Of a DNA stretch of 33,225 nt, positions 1-9,815 are shown piece by piece. The stretch covers positions 1 through 33,225 of the forward strand of contig JAUVXS010000002.1 in NCBI GenBank assembly GCA_030603485.1. The letters run 5' to 3'. The DNA comes from Dehalococcoidia bacterium. GTDB taxonomy: Bacteria; Chloroflexota; Dehalococcoidia; GIF9; AB-539-J10. The notes under the pieces were generated by a model. The model was not told the DNA's origin. It did not search any database and saw only the letters and a program-made list of their open reading frames with translations. Position numbers and translations under genes: made by a program. The stretch's first letter is position 1; every line of letters starts with the position of its first letter.

Positions 1-227
1 ATTCTTAACGTGAAACTGGAGCGCCGTACGCTACAAGGCTTTGATTATAACGTGTCTGCGCCAGACAGCGGATACGTCCGCTCTACGCAACAATTACGAA
101 GACACACGGTACGAAATCAACGGACTAGTAACAATTAGCCAGTTTGTGCAATGAGGTAACGAACCAGGCTATTAGTATAAGGGCTGATTCCTGTACTGTA
201 TTGGTGTAATCACTCCTAGTGATCAAT

Positions 228-1226
228 TCAGAGCCGGTACACTCTTGCGGCAGTATCGTGGAACAGAGCAGAGTGAGCCTGAGGAGAGAAGCCTCTGGAG
301 ATGCGCTTAAAGGCGTTCCACATAACGGTGTATGAATATGATACTTTGTCAACCGGAAAATTGCTCTCAAACATACATCGGTCAACTCCGAATTGCTCGA
401 TACACCAGTGATAGTAAGGTGCCATAGTCTCAGCCAGCTCTGCCGAGCTCGGTGGGATAGTCCGTTCATGCCAGCCAAAGCCACACAATGGCATCCCGAG
501 GCCACCCAGCTTAATAACCACGTTTGGGCAGGCCGCCAGTGCGGCAATGTCATTCTTCCAGCTCTGGAACACTTCCTCGCGCTTCCCTGCATAGGGGCCA
601 ATACCAAGGGGACCCCCAATGTGATCCAAGATGATGGGTGTATCTGGGAAGGCTCTGGCTAGGTCAGCCAGGTCCATCAACTGCGGGTGATACAGCCAAG
701 CATCAAAACTCAAGTCATATTCCTTCAAGCAGGCGAAGCCCTCTCGGAATTTGGAATCCAATAGCAGTCTGGGAATGTTCGCAGCAGACCCAATGTCTGA
801 GCTTGCATCCCAGGCGGAACTATGGCGAATGCCACGGAATCTGCCCTTGCCGGTCGCTATATGTGCCTCAAGCACTGGCTTAACTGCAGCTCCCAAGGTG
901 AGGTTTGCAAAACCCACAATACCAGCGGCGACTCGAGTCTTTCCGTATTGCCCGCTTTCACTCTGGACGGCGATGCCCTGCACGAATTCCGTCTCACCTA
1001 CGGGCTGCATTTCCTGGGGTCCTTCCTGTCTATACTTCGACATACACTCCAAAAAGACCGTCTGTACGATATTGTGGCCTGCGTTAGTATCCTGTAGCAA
1101 TTCCTCAAGTAAGTAGCGATTATTGGGGTGGTCCCACAGGTGGTGGTGCGGATCACAAATAGGTAGTTCAGGATCTATTGGGGCCTCTGTGGTCAATATC
1201 AGCCATGCTTCACGTACAGTCATCAT
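228..1226 (-). CDS. Amidohydrolase-2 family TIM-barrel metal-dependent hydrolase (lactonase/decarboxylase-like)
   Basis: 332-aa ORF. N-terminal ICDPHHHLW metal-ligand motif. C-terminal FESNFPVDK and LFHDTAARVY motifs are typical of PF04909/COG3618 proteins. GGAGGG SD about 5 nt before the ATG. Confidence 0.8.
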   Translation of the reverse strand: MMTVREAWLILTTEAPIDPELPICDPHHHLWDHPNNRYLLEELLQDTNAGHNIVQTVFLECMSKYRQEGPQEMQPVGETEFVQGIAVQSESGQYGKTRVAAGIVGFANLTLGAAVKPVLEAHIATGKGRFRGIRHSSAWDASSDIGSAANIPRLLLDSKFREGFACLKEYDLSFDAWLYHPQLMDLADLARAFPDTPIILDHIGGPLGIGPYAGKREEVFQSWKNDIAALAACPNVVIKLGGLGMPLCGFGWHERTIPPSSAELAETMAPYYHWCIEQFGVDRCMFESNFPVDKVSYSYTVMWNAFKRISRGFSPQAHSALFHDTAARVYRL

Positions 1227-1484
1227 TTTGCCCTCCTTCGTCTAGTTTTGTCTGCTGTCCGGGTTATCCACGGCTTCCGATACAGCTACTTTGTCTATAC
1301 TATGCTTCTGTCGTCCCTAGATGTCAACAAATCTGATGAGCCCAAGAGTGGCAAGACATCAAGATGTTGTTTCTGTCATCTACAATCAGTAAGTTGTCCG
1401 TTTCGGCTTTAAGGGATAGCGCACAAGCAGAGTATCCTATATAATTATGATTACTATTCAATGAGAAGAAAAGGAGCCCTGAAG

Positions 1485-2450
1485 ATGAAGCCGCAGGAAT
1501 TCTCTGACCAAAGTCCAGCACAGGTTCCTGAAACTAGTATGTCAAAGTCAGGAATGCCGTATCGTACTTTGGGCCGTACAGGTGAAAAGGTTTCAATTGT
1601 GGGCTTAGGTGGGGCTCATATCGGCTTTCAAGAAGATGAAAACGACAGTATACAGATAATCCGCACCGCCATTGATAACGGGATCAACTTCATGGACAAC
1701 AGCTGGGACTACAACGATGGGGCCAGCGAAATCCGTATGGGCAAGGCGCTTCGGGACGGATATAGAAGCAAGGTCTTCTTAATGACCAAGATTGATGGCC
1801 AGACCAAGAAAGCGGCTGCAAAGCAGCTTGATGAGTGTCTACAAAGGCTTCAAACTGACACCATTGACCTGCTTCAGTTTCACGAGGTGATTCGCATGTC
1901 AGACCCGGACCGCATTCTAGGTCCCGGCGGTGCACTGGAAGCGGCACTGGAGGCGAAAAAGGCAGGCAAAGTGCGCTATATCGGCTTTACCGGCCACAAG
2001 AGTCCAGATATACACCTGAAGATGCTGCAAACGGCCCTGAACGATGGATTCAGATTTGATGCCGTGCAGATGCCGCTTAACGTCATGGATGCTCACTATA
2101 ATAGCTTTGAAAAGAGGATCTTGCCGGTGCTACTGGAAAATAACATCGGGGTATTGGGGATGAAGCCCCTGTGCAACGGCCTGATTTGCAGGAGTGGCAT
2201 TGCCACTGCGGTGGAATGCCTGCACTATGCTATGAGCCTGCCGACCAGCGCTGTAATTACGGGATGTAATTCTCTCCCACTTCTCCAGCAGGCACTGGAG
2301 GCAGCCAGGAGTTTCAGGCCTATGAGCGACGAGCAACGTTCAGCTTTATTAGCTAGAACGGCGAAAGAAGTTGGAGAAGGGGATTACGAGCCCTGGAAAA
2401 ACGGAACGGCATATGATGCTACGTCCCGGAATCCCCACTGGTTGGGATGA
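1485..2450 (+). CDS. Aldo/keto reductase family oxidoreductase
   Basis: YRTLGRTGEKVSIVGLGG N-terminus and family-wide similarity along the whole length. Start moved to ATG 1485, which has an AAAGGAG SD 7 nt upstream; the ORF track start at 1461 has none. Confidence 0.9.
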   Translation: MKPQEFSDQSPAQVPETSMSKSGMPYRTLGRTGEKVSIVGLGGAHIGFQEDENDSIQIIRTAIDNGINFMDNSWDYNDGASEIRMGKALRDGYRSKVFLMTKIDGQTKKAAAKQLDECLQRLQTDTIDLLQFHEVIRMSDPDRILGPGGALEAALEAKKAGKVRYIGFTGHKSPDIHLKMLQTALNDGFRFDAVQMPLNVMDAHYNSFEKRILPVLLENNIGVLGMKPLCNGLICRSGIATAVECLHYAMSLPTSAVITGCNSLPLLQQALEAARSFRPMSDEQRSALLARTAKEVGEGDYEPWKNGTAYDATSRNPHWLG

Positions 2451-2528
2451 AGAACAACTAGCAGATCGAATTCAGGTGACTATTGCCCCGAGCTGGCGAC
2501 CACCTGAACCCCATTTATAGGGCAGGTA

Positions 2529-2599
2529 TCCCAATAGGTCACTTTACGTTCAAATTAGGACTTTTGTGTCAAATGCCCAAAACTTGTTTTGTACGTAGA
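2529..2599 (+). repeat. Relic repeat L, copy 1 (element-end-like segment)
   Basis: About 70 bp, roughly 70-75% identical by eye to 10521-10590. That second copy lies 14 nt downstream of the end of the tRNA-Trp 5'-half copy, and weaker similarity seems to run back through those 14 nt to the junction. Confidence 0.5.
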
Positions 2600-2731
2600 A
2601 TATCAACTAGTAACAACCAGTTTCACTAAGTCTGTTAGCAAATTATTAGCAAAATTCTAGCTTCGGTTTAGTAGACCCCTTGTCAGATCCAACGTGGGAA
2701 AATATAATGTCCTTCATTAGGAGGTGAGTTT

Positions 2732-2977
2732 ATGGCAAATAAGCTGTCTGAAGAAGAATGCTATGAAGTAGAAAAGAAAAGGGTCAACTTATATCGGAAT
2801 ATTCTTGAACCGATAATAATGGAAATGATGATTGTGTTCATTTTTACAGAGGCGTTAGATTTATCATTTGGTGGTTTCGCACCTATCTTTTGGTTAGTGT
2901 TGGCTTTTGGTTGGGTCCTCATCATAATCTGTATGGAAGTAACGATGATACGGGCCTTCTTAGAGAGCAAGAAATAG
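2732..2977 (+). CDS. Small hypothetical membrane protein (2 predicted TM helices)
   Basis: 81-aa ORF with a strong AGGAGGTG SD 7 nt upstream. Hydrophobic stretches IIMEMMIVFIFTEAL and FAPIFWLVLAFGWVLIIICM. 18 nt upstream of the next gene. Confidence 0.5.
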   Translation: MANKLSEEECYEVEKKRVNLYRNILEPIIMEMMIVFIFTEALDLSFGGFAPIFWLVLAFGWVLIIICMEVTMIRAFLESKK

Positions 2978-2995
2978 AATTGGAGAGTACAGGAA

Positions 2996-3616
2996 ATGAA
3001 AACGAGCCAAGAAAAACATAAAGTTGAGGGAGAGAAACAACTAGAAGACCAGACAAAATCAAAAGCATCACGTTGGTTATGGTTGAGGAGATCACCAGCA
3101 CTTCTGGACGCATTAAGAAGGCTGTTTGAACCCCCTAAAAGACTCATTGAACCCTACGTTAAAGACAGTCAGGTGGTTGCTGACCTTGGTTGTGGCTCAG
3201 GTTACTGTACGCTCGCTTTGGCTGAACTCGTTGGTTCTGAAGGAAAGGTCTACGCAGTTGATTTGGATAGAAAGTGTATCCGAGCATTAGAGAAAAGGGC
3301 AAATAAAAGTGGTTACCGCAACATTGAAGTACACGCTGTATCTGCAGCAGATGTTAGCTTCATAAAAGACAGGTCCGTTGATTTCGTTCTTGCCAATGGC
3401 CTGTTATGTTCCATGGCTGACAACCGACAGTCAGCTGTGAACGAAATAAAGCGTATCCTCAAGTCAACAGGCCAGGCGTACCTTAGCCTGGGTTTTGGCC
3501 TTCCTCTTGGTTTTGTGGGCCAAGCGGAGTGGGAGAAAACACTTGAAGAATTCAGGGTTGAACAAGGGGGTAGTTACAAAGAAAAGTGGGCTGTGGTTTC
3601 CCTAAGAAAAGAGTAG
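2996..3616 (+). CDS. Class I SAM-dependent methyltransferase
   Basis: Motif I VADLGCGSGYCT and a post-I acidic residue (VYAVDLD). Methyltransf_11/25-like length. Confidence 0.85.
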   Translation: MKTSQEKHKVEGEKQLEDQTKSKASRWLWLRRSPALLDALRRLFEPPKRLIEPYVKDSQVVADLGCGSGYCTLALAELVGSEGKVYAVDLDRKCIRALEKRANKSGYRNIEVHAVSAADVSFIKDRSVDFVLANGLLCSMADNRQSAVNEIKRILKSTGQAYLSLGFGLPLGFVGQAEWEKTLEEFRVEQGGSYKEKWAVVSLRKE

Positions 3617-3703
3617 CTTGAAGTATTCTGAGGTATATCTACCCACAACCCGATATATTATCCTTATCTAACCGCATTAGGGAAAGGAGGAGAAATATAT
3701 GGG

Positions 3704-3763
3704 CTGAAGCTAATGGAGCAACAATAAGGACAGTTAGGTAGACTCCATAGCAATAGAAACAAC
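3704..3763 (+). repeat. Relic repeat X, copy 1
   Basis: 60 bp, ctgaagctaatggagcaacaataaggacagttaggtagactccatagcaatagaaacaac. It differs at about 5 positions from 10658-10717. Confidence 0.7.
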
Positions 3764-3772
3764 TATGGGGAT

Positions 3773-3821
3773 AACAACGATAATATCTAACTAGACGTGG
3801 TATGGAAATCTGCTTAGTTTG
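3773..3821 (+). repeat. Relic repeat Y, copy 1
   Basis: aacaacgataatatctaactagacgtggtatggaaatctgcttagtttg is about 85% identical to 11818-11866. Confidence 0.65.
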
Positions 3822-3839
3822 CTCATTTGGACTTAGCTA

Positions 3840-4592
3840 CTAATCGGCATGAGAAGGCTTACGAAACAGATACATCGCCCAACCAAGCGTATCACGACCC
3901 CATTGTAAATAATTCTTTCGTCCATGAGCAACGCGAGCTAGTATCTCCGGTACATCAGGGTCATCCGGGTTATCCCTGGCATACCTTTCGGCCGCATACC
4001 ACTGAAGCGTCTCGTACCGGTCCCAATCGTCCTGATTGCTGGCCATTGTGTACAGCGGGAACAAGCCTTCGTCTTCGCCGACAAGTACGTTCTCGTAGTG
4101 CGTCCCAAACATATCACGCGTGTGGTTCTCGGCAGCCAGATACGCGTCACCCGGCTCCTTAAGCCAGAAGGGTTCTCCGACGAGAATGAGGCCACCCGGT
4201 TTCGTCATAGCCTTCAAAGCACTTAAAGTCCCCCGATGTCCCTGATATACCCATGAAGCACCGATACACATGGCAAGGTCGAAGAGTTGGTCGGGGCTAT
4301 GGTCTGCTCCGTCCATGTTGAGGATTTCGATTTGAGCAACAGGCACCCGTTCCTGCAACTTCTGTTCTGTGGCCGCCACGCAGTATGGGGAGATGTCGAC
4401 CCCGACTCCGGATACCTCGTATCGTTCCGCCAACCTTGCCAGCATCTCCCCCTTGCCGCAGGCAATGTCGAGTACGGCAGACCCTGGATTCAGTTTCAGG
4501 AGCTCAATTAGCGAGTCGAGCTTCGCTGTACTCATCGGATTGCAGACTACATGGTAGCCATGCGTCACGCTGAAAAATTTCCATATATCCAT
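3840..4592 (-). CDS. Class I SAM-dependent methyltransferase
   Basis: Motif I VLDIACGKGEM, VGVDIS, and a later PGGLILVGEPFW segment. AAAGGAG SD upstream of ATG 4592. Confidence 0.85.
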   Translation of the reverse strand: MDIWKFFSVTHGYHVVCNPMSTAKLDSLIELLKLNPGSAVLDIACGKGEMLARLAERYEVSGVGVDISPYCVAATEQKLQERVPVAQIEILNMDGADHSPDQLFDLAMCIGASWVYQGHRGTLSALKAMTKPGGLILVGEPFWLKEPGDAYLAAENHTRDMFGTHYENVLVGEDEGLFPLYTMASNQDDWDRYETLQWYAAERYARDNPDDPDVPEILARVAHGRKNYLQWGRDTLGWAMYLFRKPSHAD

Positions 4593-4647
4593 CTTAATTT
4601 CTCCTTTAATTCAGGTAGGGTGATAGTAATGCAAATATGCCTCCCGC

Positions 4648-4737
4648 CAGCCAAAGAAATACAGGCTAATCCTAATTATACAACTTACTAGGTCGGTTAA
4701 GTTTGAGGATAGTCTGAGGCTTTATCGTAATATAACT
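4648..4737 (+). repeat. Relic repeat Z, copy 1 (decayed 3' end of an island-type integrase gene)
   Basis: Translates to QLTRSVKFEDSLRLYRNITSH*, compared with the intact integrase C-terminus RYTRSVQFEDSLKLYTSIME* at 13321. About 75% identical to 5480-5569. Confidence 0.65.
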
Positions 4738-5012
4738 AGTCATTAGAGCCCGCCATTGCCCAATCCAAAGGGCATACCCCCTTCTTGATATTCAGATGTC
4801 TGTCTCTGACCTATTTGGATTTTGGCAGTGATGCTTGGCTTAGGCTGATTTGGGGAAGCTCTGTAAGAGGAAAGATAGCGAAGGAACGGGAAGATGAAAG
4901 AGCAAGAACTGAGCTGCTATAAATGAGGTTAGCCGACGTTTCTATAGTAAGTATTTTGATGAACTTGAAAAAGAATAACAGGAAGTTGTTTTAGCATTGT
5001 TAAATATATAAA

Positions 5013-5363
5013 TTATCTACAGCTACTGCTAGGAATTTCTTCTTCTGGCGATTCAAGTTTCGCTAATCTATCATTAAGACCTGTCATATAGCCTTCAGAG
5101 TAAGCTGCTCCATCCTTTTCATCCCTGGAAAAGTCGGATGATGGGGGGAGGTCAAAGTAGTAAGCATCCATATAGCCAAACCATTCAGGTGTGTTCGGAG
5201 AATATGGTGTAGGTAGAGAAATAACATAGTCCAAAAAAACGTCTGGGTCAGATAGATTTCGTTCATTACTAGGGGGAGATTTTAGATAATAGAGACCAGT
5301 AACTAATATCGCAATGCCAGCTACCAACATTGCTAGCAGAATATAGGATTTTCTTCCTCTCAT
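5013..5363 (-). CDS. Hypothetical membrane-anchored protein
   Basis: 116-aa ORF with an N-terminal TM helix (ILLAMLVAGIAILVTGLYY) and a weak AGAGAGG SD. No recognisable domain. Confidence 0.45.
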   Translation of the reverse strand: MRGRKSYILLAMLVAGIAILVTGLYYLKSPPSNERNLSDPDVFLDYVISLPTPYSPNTPEWFGYMDAYYFDLPPSSDFSRDEKDGAAYSEGYMTGLNDRLAKLESPEEEIPSSSCR

Positions 5364-5479
5364 TTTGCCTCTCTTGACATTCTATTAGATTTCAAAACCT
5401 TTTGTCATACCTCCAACCAACATCTGATAGAAGACCTCCAAGGGAAGCCCTCTCCAAATCCACTGGCTGGGCTGGCTAT

Positions 5480-5569
5480 CAGCCAGAAAGATAAATCCTA
5501 ATCCTATTATACCACTTGTTAGTTCAGTGAAGTTTGAGGATAGCTTGAGGCTATATCGGAGGATTGAAC
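5480..5569 (+). repeat. Relic repeat Z, copy 2 (decayed integrase 3' end)
   Basis: Translates to SSVKFEDSLRLYRRIEQ. Collinear with 4648-4737 and with the end of the intact integrase gene. Confidence 0.65.
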
Positions 5570-5765
5570 AAAACCGAGGATTGTTCAATCAGACCGATCC
5601 GCACTTAAATAAAGCCAGTTTTCGTGCAACAATTGTGGCTCTTCTCTAGAATAGGTGGACTCTGTCTGACTAGTGAATACGGCCCACTGCACAAATGGGG
5701 AAGTATCCTCCGCTTCTTCAGGTGCTGTCTCCTAGTGTCCGTTTGTTTACCGAGTCTGCCAGCTT

Positions 5766-6281
5766 TCACTTCGCTGGCAGAATACTGTCTCCCCAGCGGC
5801 CGGAAAAGGCGATATCCCCCAGTCTCTTCCTTAGCTTGGAAGGGGTCTCGGCAGGATATCCTAATGAGAGAGCACAGATCAACCTTTGTTCCCGAGGGAT
5901 GTTCAGTATTACCTTCACTTCCTCGTCATTGAGCCCGGGGTTTATCCAGCAGGTCCCTAGGTCAAGGGCATGGGCAGCCAACATCATATTTTGAACCGCC
6001 AGGGACCCATCTTGTATTGGGCAACTGGATAGTCCGGGGTCCACTGAGACTACTATTCCTACTGGCGCCTCATCTAAGAACCACCCGTAGAGAAAGCAGC
6101 GAGTAATCCGCCGCTTGACTTCTGGGTCAGTGAAAACAACAAAGCTCCACGGCTGCGAGTTACTGGCGGACGGCGCCCATCGCCCGGCCTCCAGAATCTT
6201 GACTAACAGGTCATGCGAGACCGGATCCGGCTGATATCTCCGGATGCTCCGTCTCGTTTCGATTGCCTCTAGTACCTCCAT
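5766..6281 (-). CDS. Nitroreductase family protein (FMN-dependent)
   Basis: LEAIETRRSIRRYQPDPV and APSASNSQPW motifs. GGAGG SD upstream of the ATG. Confidence 0.9.
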   Translation of the reverse strand: MEVLEAIETRRSIRRYQPDPVSHDLLVKILEAGRWAPSASNSQPWSFVVFTDPEVKRRITRCFLYGWFLDEAPVGIVVSVDPGLSSCPIQDGSLAVQNMMLAAHALDLGTCWINPGLNDEEVKVILNIPREQRLICALSLGYPAETPSKLRKRLGDIAFSGRWGDSILPAK

Positions 6282-6371
6282 TTAGTTACCTCCATTCCGC
6301 ACGAGTGGTTGTGAGCTCAGTGGTAAAGAAGGTGGCTTTCACTATCAGGCTCATCGCCAGCTTGTCCGGCT

Positions 6372-6659
6372 CTACTTCACTCGGTGAAGTTCAAGTGTGA
6401 CTAGATTTGACCGGTCCATGCACTCTACGGTCACCACATCTGGGTTGCCCCATTCATTGGGGAAGCCACCACCAAACTGGAGCATCACTATGTAGGGGTA
6501 GATGTCATGATAGAAGAAGCCGCAAAGCCCAGCGGTATCGTGACAGCTTATGCTAAAAGTATCACCTGCCTCATGCCCCCACGAGCAGTTGCCCTTAACT
6601 GATTTCACAGTTGCGACTACCTTATGACCGGGAAATGTGGCTCGTTTCGGTTTCGCCAT
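6372..6659 (-). CDS. TIGR04076-like small Cys/His-rich protein
   Basis: Pattern KGNCSWGHEAGDTF ... GLCGFFYHDIYPYIVMLQFGGGFP ... VECMD matches my recollection of the TIGR04076 family. Start set to ATG 6659 (GGAGG SD 8 nt upstream) rather than the GTG at 6680. Confidence 0.6.
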   Translation of the reverse strand: MAKPKRATFPGHKVVATVKSVKGNCSWGHEAGDTFSISCHDTAGLCGFFYHDIYPYIVMLQFGGGFPNEWGNPDVVTVECMDRSNLVTLELHRVK

Positions 6660-7003
6660 AACTTCAACCTCCTTTTCCACTTTTTGGTTTCTGGCTGGAA
6701 TCTACTCTCGAGACTGCCCTAGGCTATTCTAACATGCCTGCCTTTCCGTCGCCAATGAGCCACCTACACCTGTCGAATGTGGCTTGAGACTAACCAGACA
6801 AAGGAAGCGGAGGCAAAGATTAAGTATAACCAAACGCTATAATGACATGTATACTAAAATCCTGATGAAGAAAGTCGGCAAATTGAATATGCTTAAAATC
6901 GGGGCCAAGATATTACTGAAATCAAAAGTTTAATAATTAACATAATTGGCTGAGTTACATCGACGTACCCCGTAAGAAAGAGACTATTGGCTGGTGCACT
7001 CAT

Positions 7004-7681
7004 TCAGCTTAGACGTGTTACCATGTTCTTCACCTTTTGGGAAGCGTTGCTTACAACAGGAGCGCCATGACCTGTAAGAAGTGTATCGAAATCCAAGGCT
7101 GAAATAGTTATTAATGAAGCTCTGGCCTTCGCTTCGTCCAGAGAAAACATTCGAGAAGGAGGCTTAGGATTACCACTCGAATCGCTCCTAAGTGCGTCAC
7201 CTACAAAGATAACCTTATTAGGCTTGTAGACACAGATACTGCCATGAGTGTGCCCTGGTACATGGATAATCCTGAAGCCTTTTATCTCGGAATCGGCACT
7301 GAGAATAATATCAGGTTCTGCTGGATGATAGTGCATTAAACTCATTGCCAGCTTGAAAATGAAGCCCAAGGGTCCTCTAATGGTCTTAAAGCTTTGTTTA
7401 CCACGGAGAATGGGGGCATCATCAGCATGTATCACTAGCCTCGCTCCGGTCGTTCTTTTCAATTCTGCCGCGCTGCCAATGTGGTCTATATCGGCGTGTG
7501 TCAATATGATAAATTTTATATCGGATAGGTTCTTCCCTAGCCCTTCGATATAAGCGACTATCCTTTTTGCGTTGCCAGGCATACCCGTGTCGATGGCCAA
7601 CGTCTCGTCCTCGCCAATGACTAAATAGGCATTAGCTCCCCTGACACCACCTACTCGGTGGATTCCAGGCATTATTTCCAT
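7004..7681 (-). CDS. MBL-fold metallo-hydrolase
   Basis: ILTHADIDHIG (HxHxDH) motif and a later HVPGHTHG. The start lies 1 nt after the stop of the upstream DUF169-like gene, suggesting translational coupling. Confidence 0.9.
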   Translation of the reverse strand: MEIMPGIHRVGGVRGANAYLVIGEDETLAIDTGMPGNAKRIVAYIEGLGKNLSDIKFIILTHADIDHIGSAAELKRTTGARLVIHADDAPILRGKQSFKTIRGPLGFIFKLAMSLMHYHPAEPDIILSADSEIKGFRIIHVPGHTHGSICVYKPNKVIFVGDALRSDSSGNPKPPSRMFSLDEAKARASLITISALDFDTLLTGHGAPVVSNASQKVKNMVTRLS

Positions 7682-7682
7682 T

Positions 7683-8477
7683 TTAACCTCTAGCCGATTC
7701 TGCTCGATTCCTCGTTGGTTTCGTCGGTGAGACCACTATCCTTTTCTGCAACTTCTTCCATGTATCAGTAATGAGGAAGCTCTCCTCCATGTTTCCAATC
7801 ATTGTGACAAATCTTTTCATGGGTACAGAGAAACTGAGCGTATCCTTCGGCACATAAGGTCGTGCTGAAGGGTCAAACATCCCGATGACGGCCCTGGGAT
7901 GTGGTGAATCCTTCTCCAAGTACGGGTAAGACACGATGGAAGAACAGCCTGAACCCATGGGCGTGATTACTCCTTCCAGTTGCGACTCGTCGAAATTCAC
8001 CAGAGTGAATAGACCCGCAAGGACATCGGGTTGAGCGAAGAAAATCACTACTTCTGGGTCATCTTCTTGGGAGAGGTTATCCCATCTCTTGAACACAGCG
8101 AAAGCCCTAGGGGCTCTAAGGTTTGGCCATTTCTTCATAATCTCCCTCACCAGTTCCGGGGACTTCTTATATCGTTCGCCTTCCATCCTGCCCGGAATGC
8201 CACAGGAGAGGAAGTACTCAAAATCAGGCCTCAATCTTTCAGCAAAGCCCAGGTACCTTCTGCCCCCGAAACATCCGATTGAATCAGCGTTAAAGCTAAA
8301 ACAGCGGCCGTTTCTTACCTCCATCAGTGCACCAATTACACATCTGTCTACTGAACCGGGCTTGACCAGTTCTGCCTGTTCCCCAGTGTCGCTGTAATAA
8401 AAGGTGATCGGGAGCTCAGCATTGTTGAAATACTTCTTACTCAATTCAATGAATTTGTCTTTGATTTTCATATCCAT
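7683..8477 (-). CDS. DUF169-like protein (COG2043-type)
   Basis: 264 aa. The layout PITFYY ... C..GAL ... GCFGGRRYLGF ... PEVVIFFAQPDVLAGL ... GSGCSS resembles DUF169. Assigned from memory of the family pattern only. Confidence 0.55.
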   Translation of the reverse strand: MDMKIKDKFIELSKKYFNNAELPITFYYSDTGEQAELVKPGSVDRCVIGALMEVRNGRCFSFNADSIGCFGGRRYLGFAERLRPDFEYFLSCGIPGRMEGERYKKSPELVREIMKKWPNLRAPRAFAVFKRWDNLSQEDDPEVVIFFAQPDVLAGLFTLVNFDESQLEGVITPMGSGCSSIVSYPYLEKDSPHPRAVIGMFDPSARPYVPKDTLSFSVPMKRFVTMIGNMEESFLITDTWKKLQKRIVVSPTKPTRNRAESARG

Positions 8478-8741
8478 AGGTCTTTGCCTCCATTAATCAG
8501 ACTTCAACCTTCTAATTGTAACAAAACTTGCTGAATATGAAATAAAATATCAAGCTCACGAACCTATGATGTAACTTATGCAGGCCGGGGCCCGTCCTGG
8601 GTTTGGTATGAAGACTCATTTTATGCTTGTTTGGTACTACACCAGTTATCGTAATTGCCTTTATCAGTCCCTTTCTCTCACTCCTTCGCCAATGATTCCA
8701 AAGCCATTGCCAATTCGGAAATAATTACCGCAAGGTCACAA

Positions 8742-9815
8742 TCAAATGGTCTTCTTCTCAACAACGGACTTCAGCCTGTGATAGGTTTCACCCCCATTAG
8801 AGAAGGGACAGACCTTCACGCAGACAGAGCAACCCATTGTCCTTTGGAAATACTCGAAACAGCTTTCTCGATCAATGCAAGTTCGAATTGCTCCAACACC
8901 AGGGACATTATCGATTCTGACCACCTTCTCGCTGTTAATTGCCTGCACTGGACACAACTGCTCGCAGAGCTGACACAGCTCACAGTACTCCTCAATCCAG
9001 TCATGGTCACGATTATCCGTAAACTCAAAGCACTTGTGTTCAATAAATACGGGAGCGAGCCGAACACGAGGCCCATACTCTGGAGTAATCAGAAGCCCGA
9101 AGCGACCCTGCCAACCCATTCCAGCTTTACCTGCAAGGGAAGGGGTATTGGTAATCCCTCCCATAGGATGATTACTCTGACACCGCAATCCTTGCTTACG
9201 CAACCATCGAGCAATCTCGTTCACTACAAGCCCGAGACTTCCGTAAACACGCATGACCTCCTGACCAGCCCGGAACTCAGGAGCATAGGCAATCTTATCC
9301 TTCTTCATCTCCTGGCTCGCAACAAGGGCGTAACGAAAAAGTGTGTACTTGCCCCGGAATATCATCTGCCGGGGCAGTTCCGTGAATCCAATTCTAACAT
9401 CACCCCACTTCTTCTTGGCAAATCTATTCAACTCATCCCAGAGACCGGGTTTAGGTTCAAATGGAGCAGGCTCCAATTCCTCGAAATATGGTTCGATGTC
9501 CTCCCAGCTCTGGCTCGATCCCTTTTGTATATTGCTCATGATCTTGATCATGCTAGCCATGGCCTGGGTTGGCATGCCCATATGCCGAGCGGAGTTTGCC
9601 TTCTCCGACTGTTGACCACTTGATGATCTCAAGTCCTTACGGGCTGCATACAGATACTCAAATCCTTCCTGAACAGAATCAGGATGAGCAGGATAGATCA
9701 AATCAGGATGTTCCTTCCCTCGCTCAAGATAGTGCGTTTCTTTTTCAGAAAAGGCAACGGAAGTGCTTTGCGACCCTCGTGTCTCAAATTGCGTCTTAGA
9801 GGTAGATACTTTCAT
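8742..9815 (-). CDS. RdhA/QueG-superfamily corrinoid/Fe-S oxidoreductase (reductive-dehalogenase-like, cytoplasmic)
   Basis: 357 aa. KAGMGWQGRFGLLITPEYGPRVRL core motif. Two C-terminal cluster motifs: CELCQLCEQLCP and C(x16)CSVCVKVCP. No RRxFLK twin-arginine signal. AGGAG SD. Confidence 0.75.
   Translation of the reverse strand: MKVSTSKTQFETRGSQSTSVAFSEKETHYLERGKEHPDLIYPAHPDSVQEGFEYLYAARKDLRSSSGQQSEKANSARHMGMPTQAMASMIKIMSNIQKGSSQSWEDIEPYFEELEPAPFEPKPGLWDELNRFAKKKWGDVRIGFTELPRQMIFRGKYTLFRYALVASQEMKKDKIAYAPEFRAGQEVMRVYGSLGLVVNEIARWLRKQGLRCQSNHPMGGITNTPSLAGKAGMGWQGRFGLLITPEYGPRVRLAPVFIEHKCFEFTDNRDHDWIEEYCELCQLCEQLCPVQAINSEKVVRIDNVPGVGAIRTCIDRESCFEYFQRTMGCSVCVKVCPFSNGGETYHRLKSVVEKKTI

Noticed and set aside
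1-138. Open frame entering the window: ...LERRTLQGFDYNVSAPDSGYVRSTQQLRRHTVRNQRTSNN*
   Set aside because: It could be the 3' end of an upstream gene, but 45 residues with no recognisable motif cannot be supported.
125-1116. Several listed ORFs of 60-164 aa overlapping the amidohydrolase gene on both strands
   Set aside because: All overlap the motif-supported 228-1226 CDS. They have no SD and no recognisable motifs. The same reasoning applies to the short overlapping ORFs inside the AKR, methyltransferase, ACAD, thiolase, SDR, HMGCS-like, SecD and SecF genes.
5748-5790. Hairpin CTGCCAGC...GCTGGCAG spanning the nitroreductase stop codon, considered as a terminator
   Set aside because: On the transcribed (minus) strand it is not followed by a U-tract, and it overlaps coding sequence, so the evidence is insufficient.
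5385-5994. ORFs at 5385-5588 (-), 5624-5932 (+) and 5695-5994 (+)
   Set aside because: They lie in the relic-repeat region or antisense to the nitroreductase gene. They have no SD and poor composition.
8655-9623. 322-aa plus-strand ORF
   Set aside because: It lies entirely antisense to the RdhA-like gene, has Ser/Leu/Thr-rich low-information composition, and has no SD. It is a shadow ORF of a well-supported gene.
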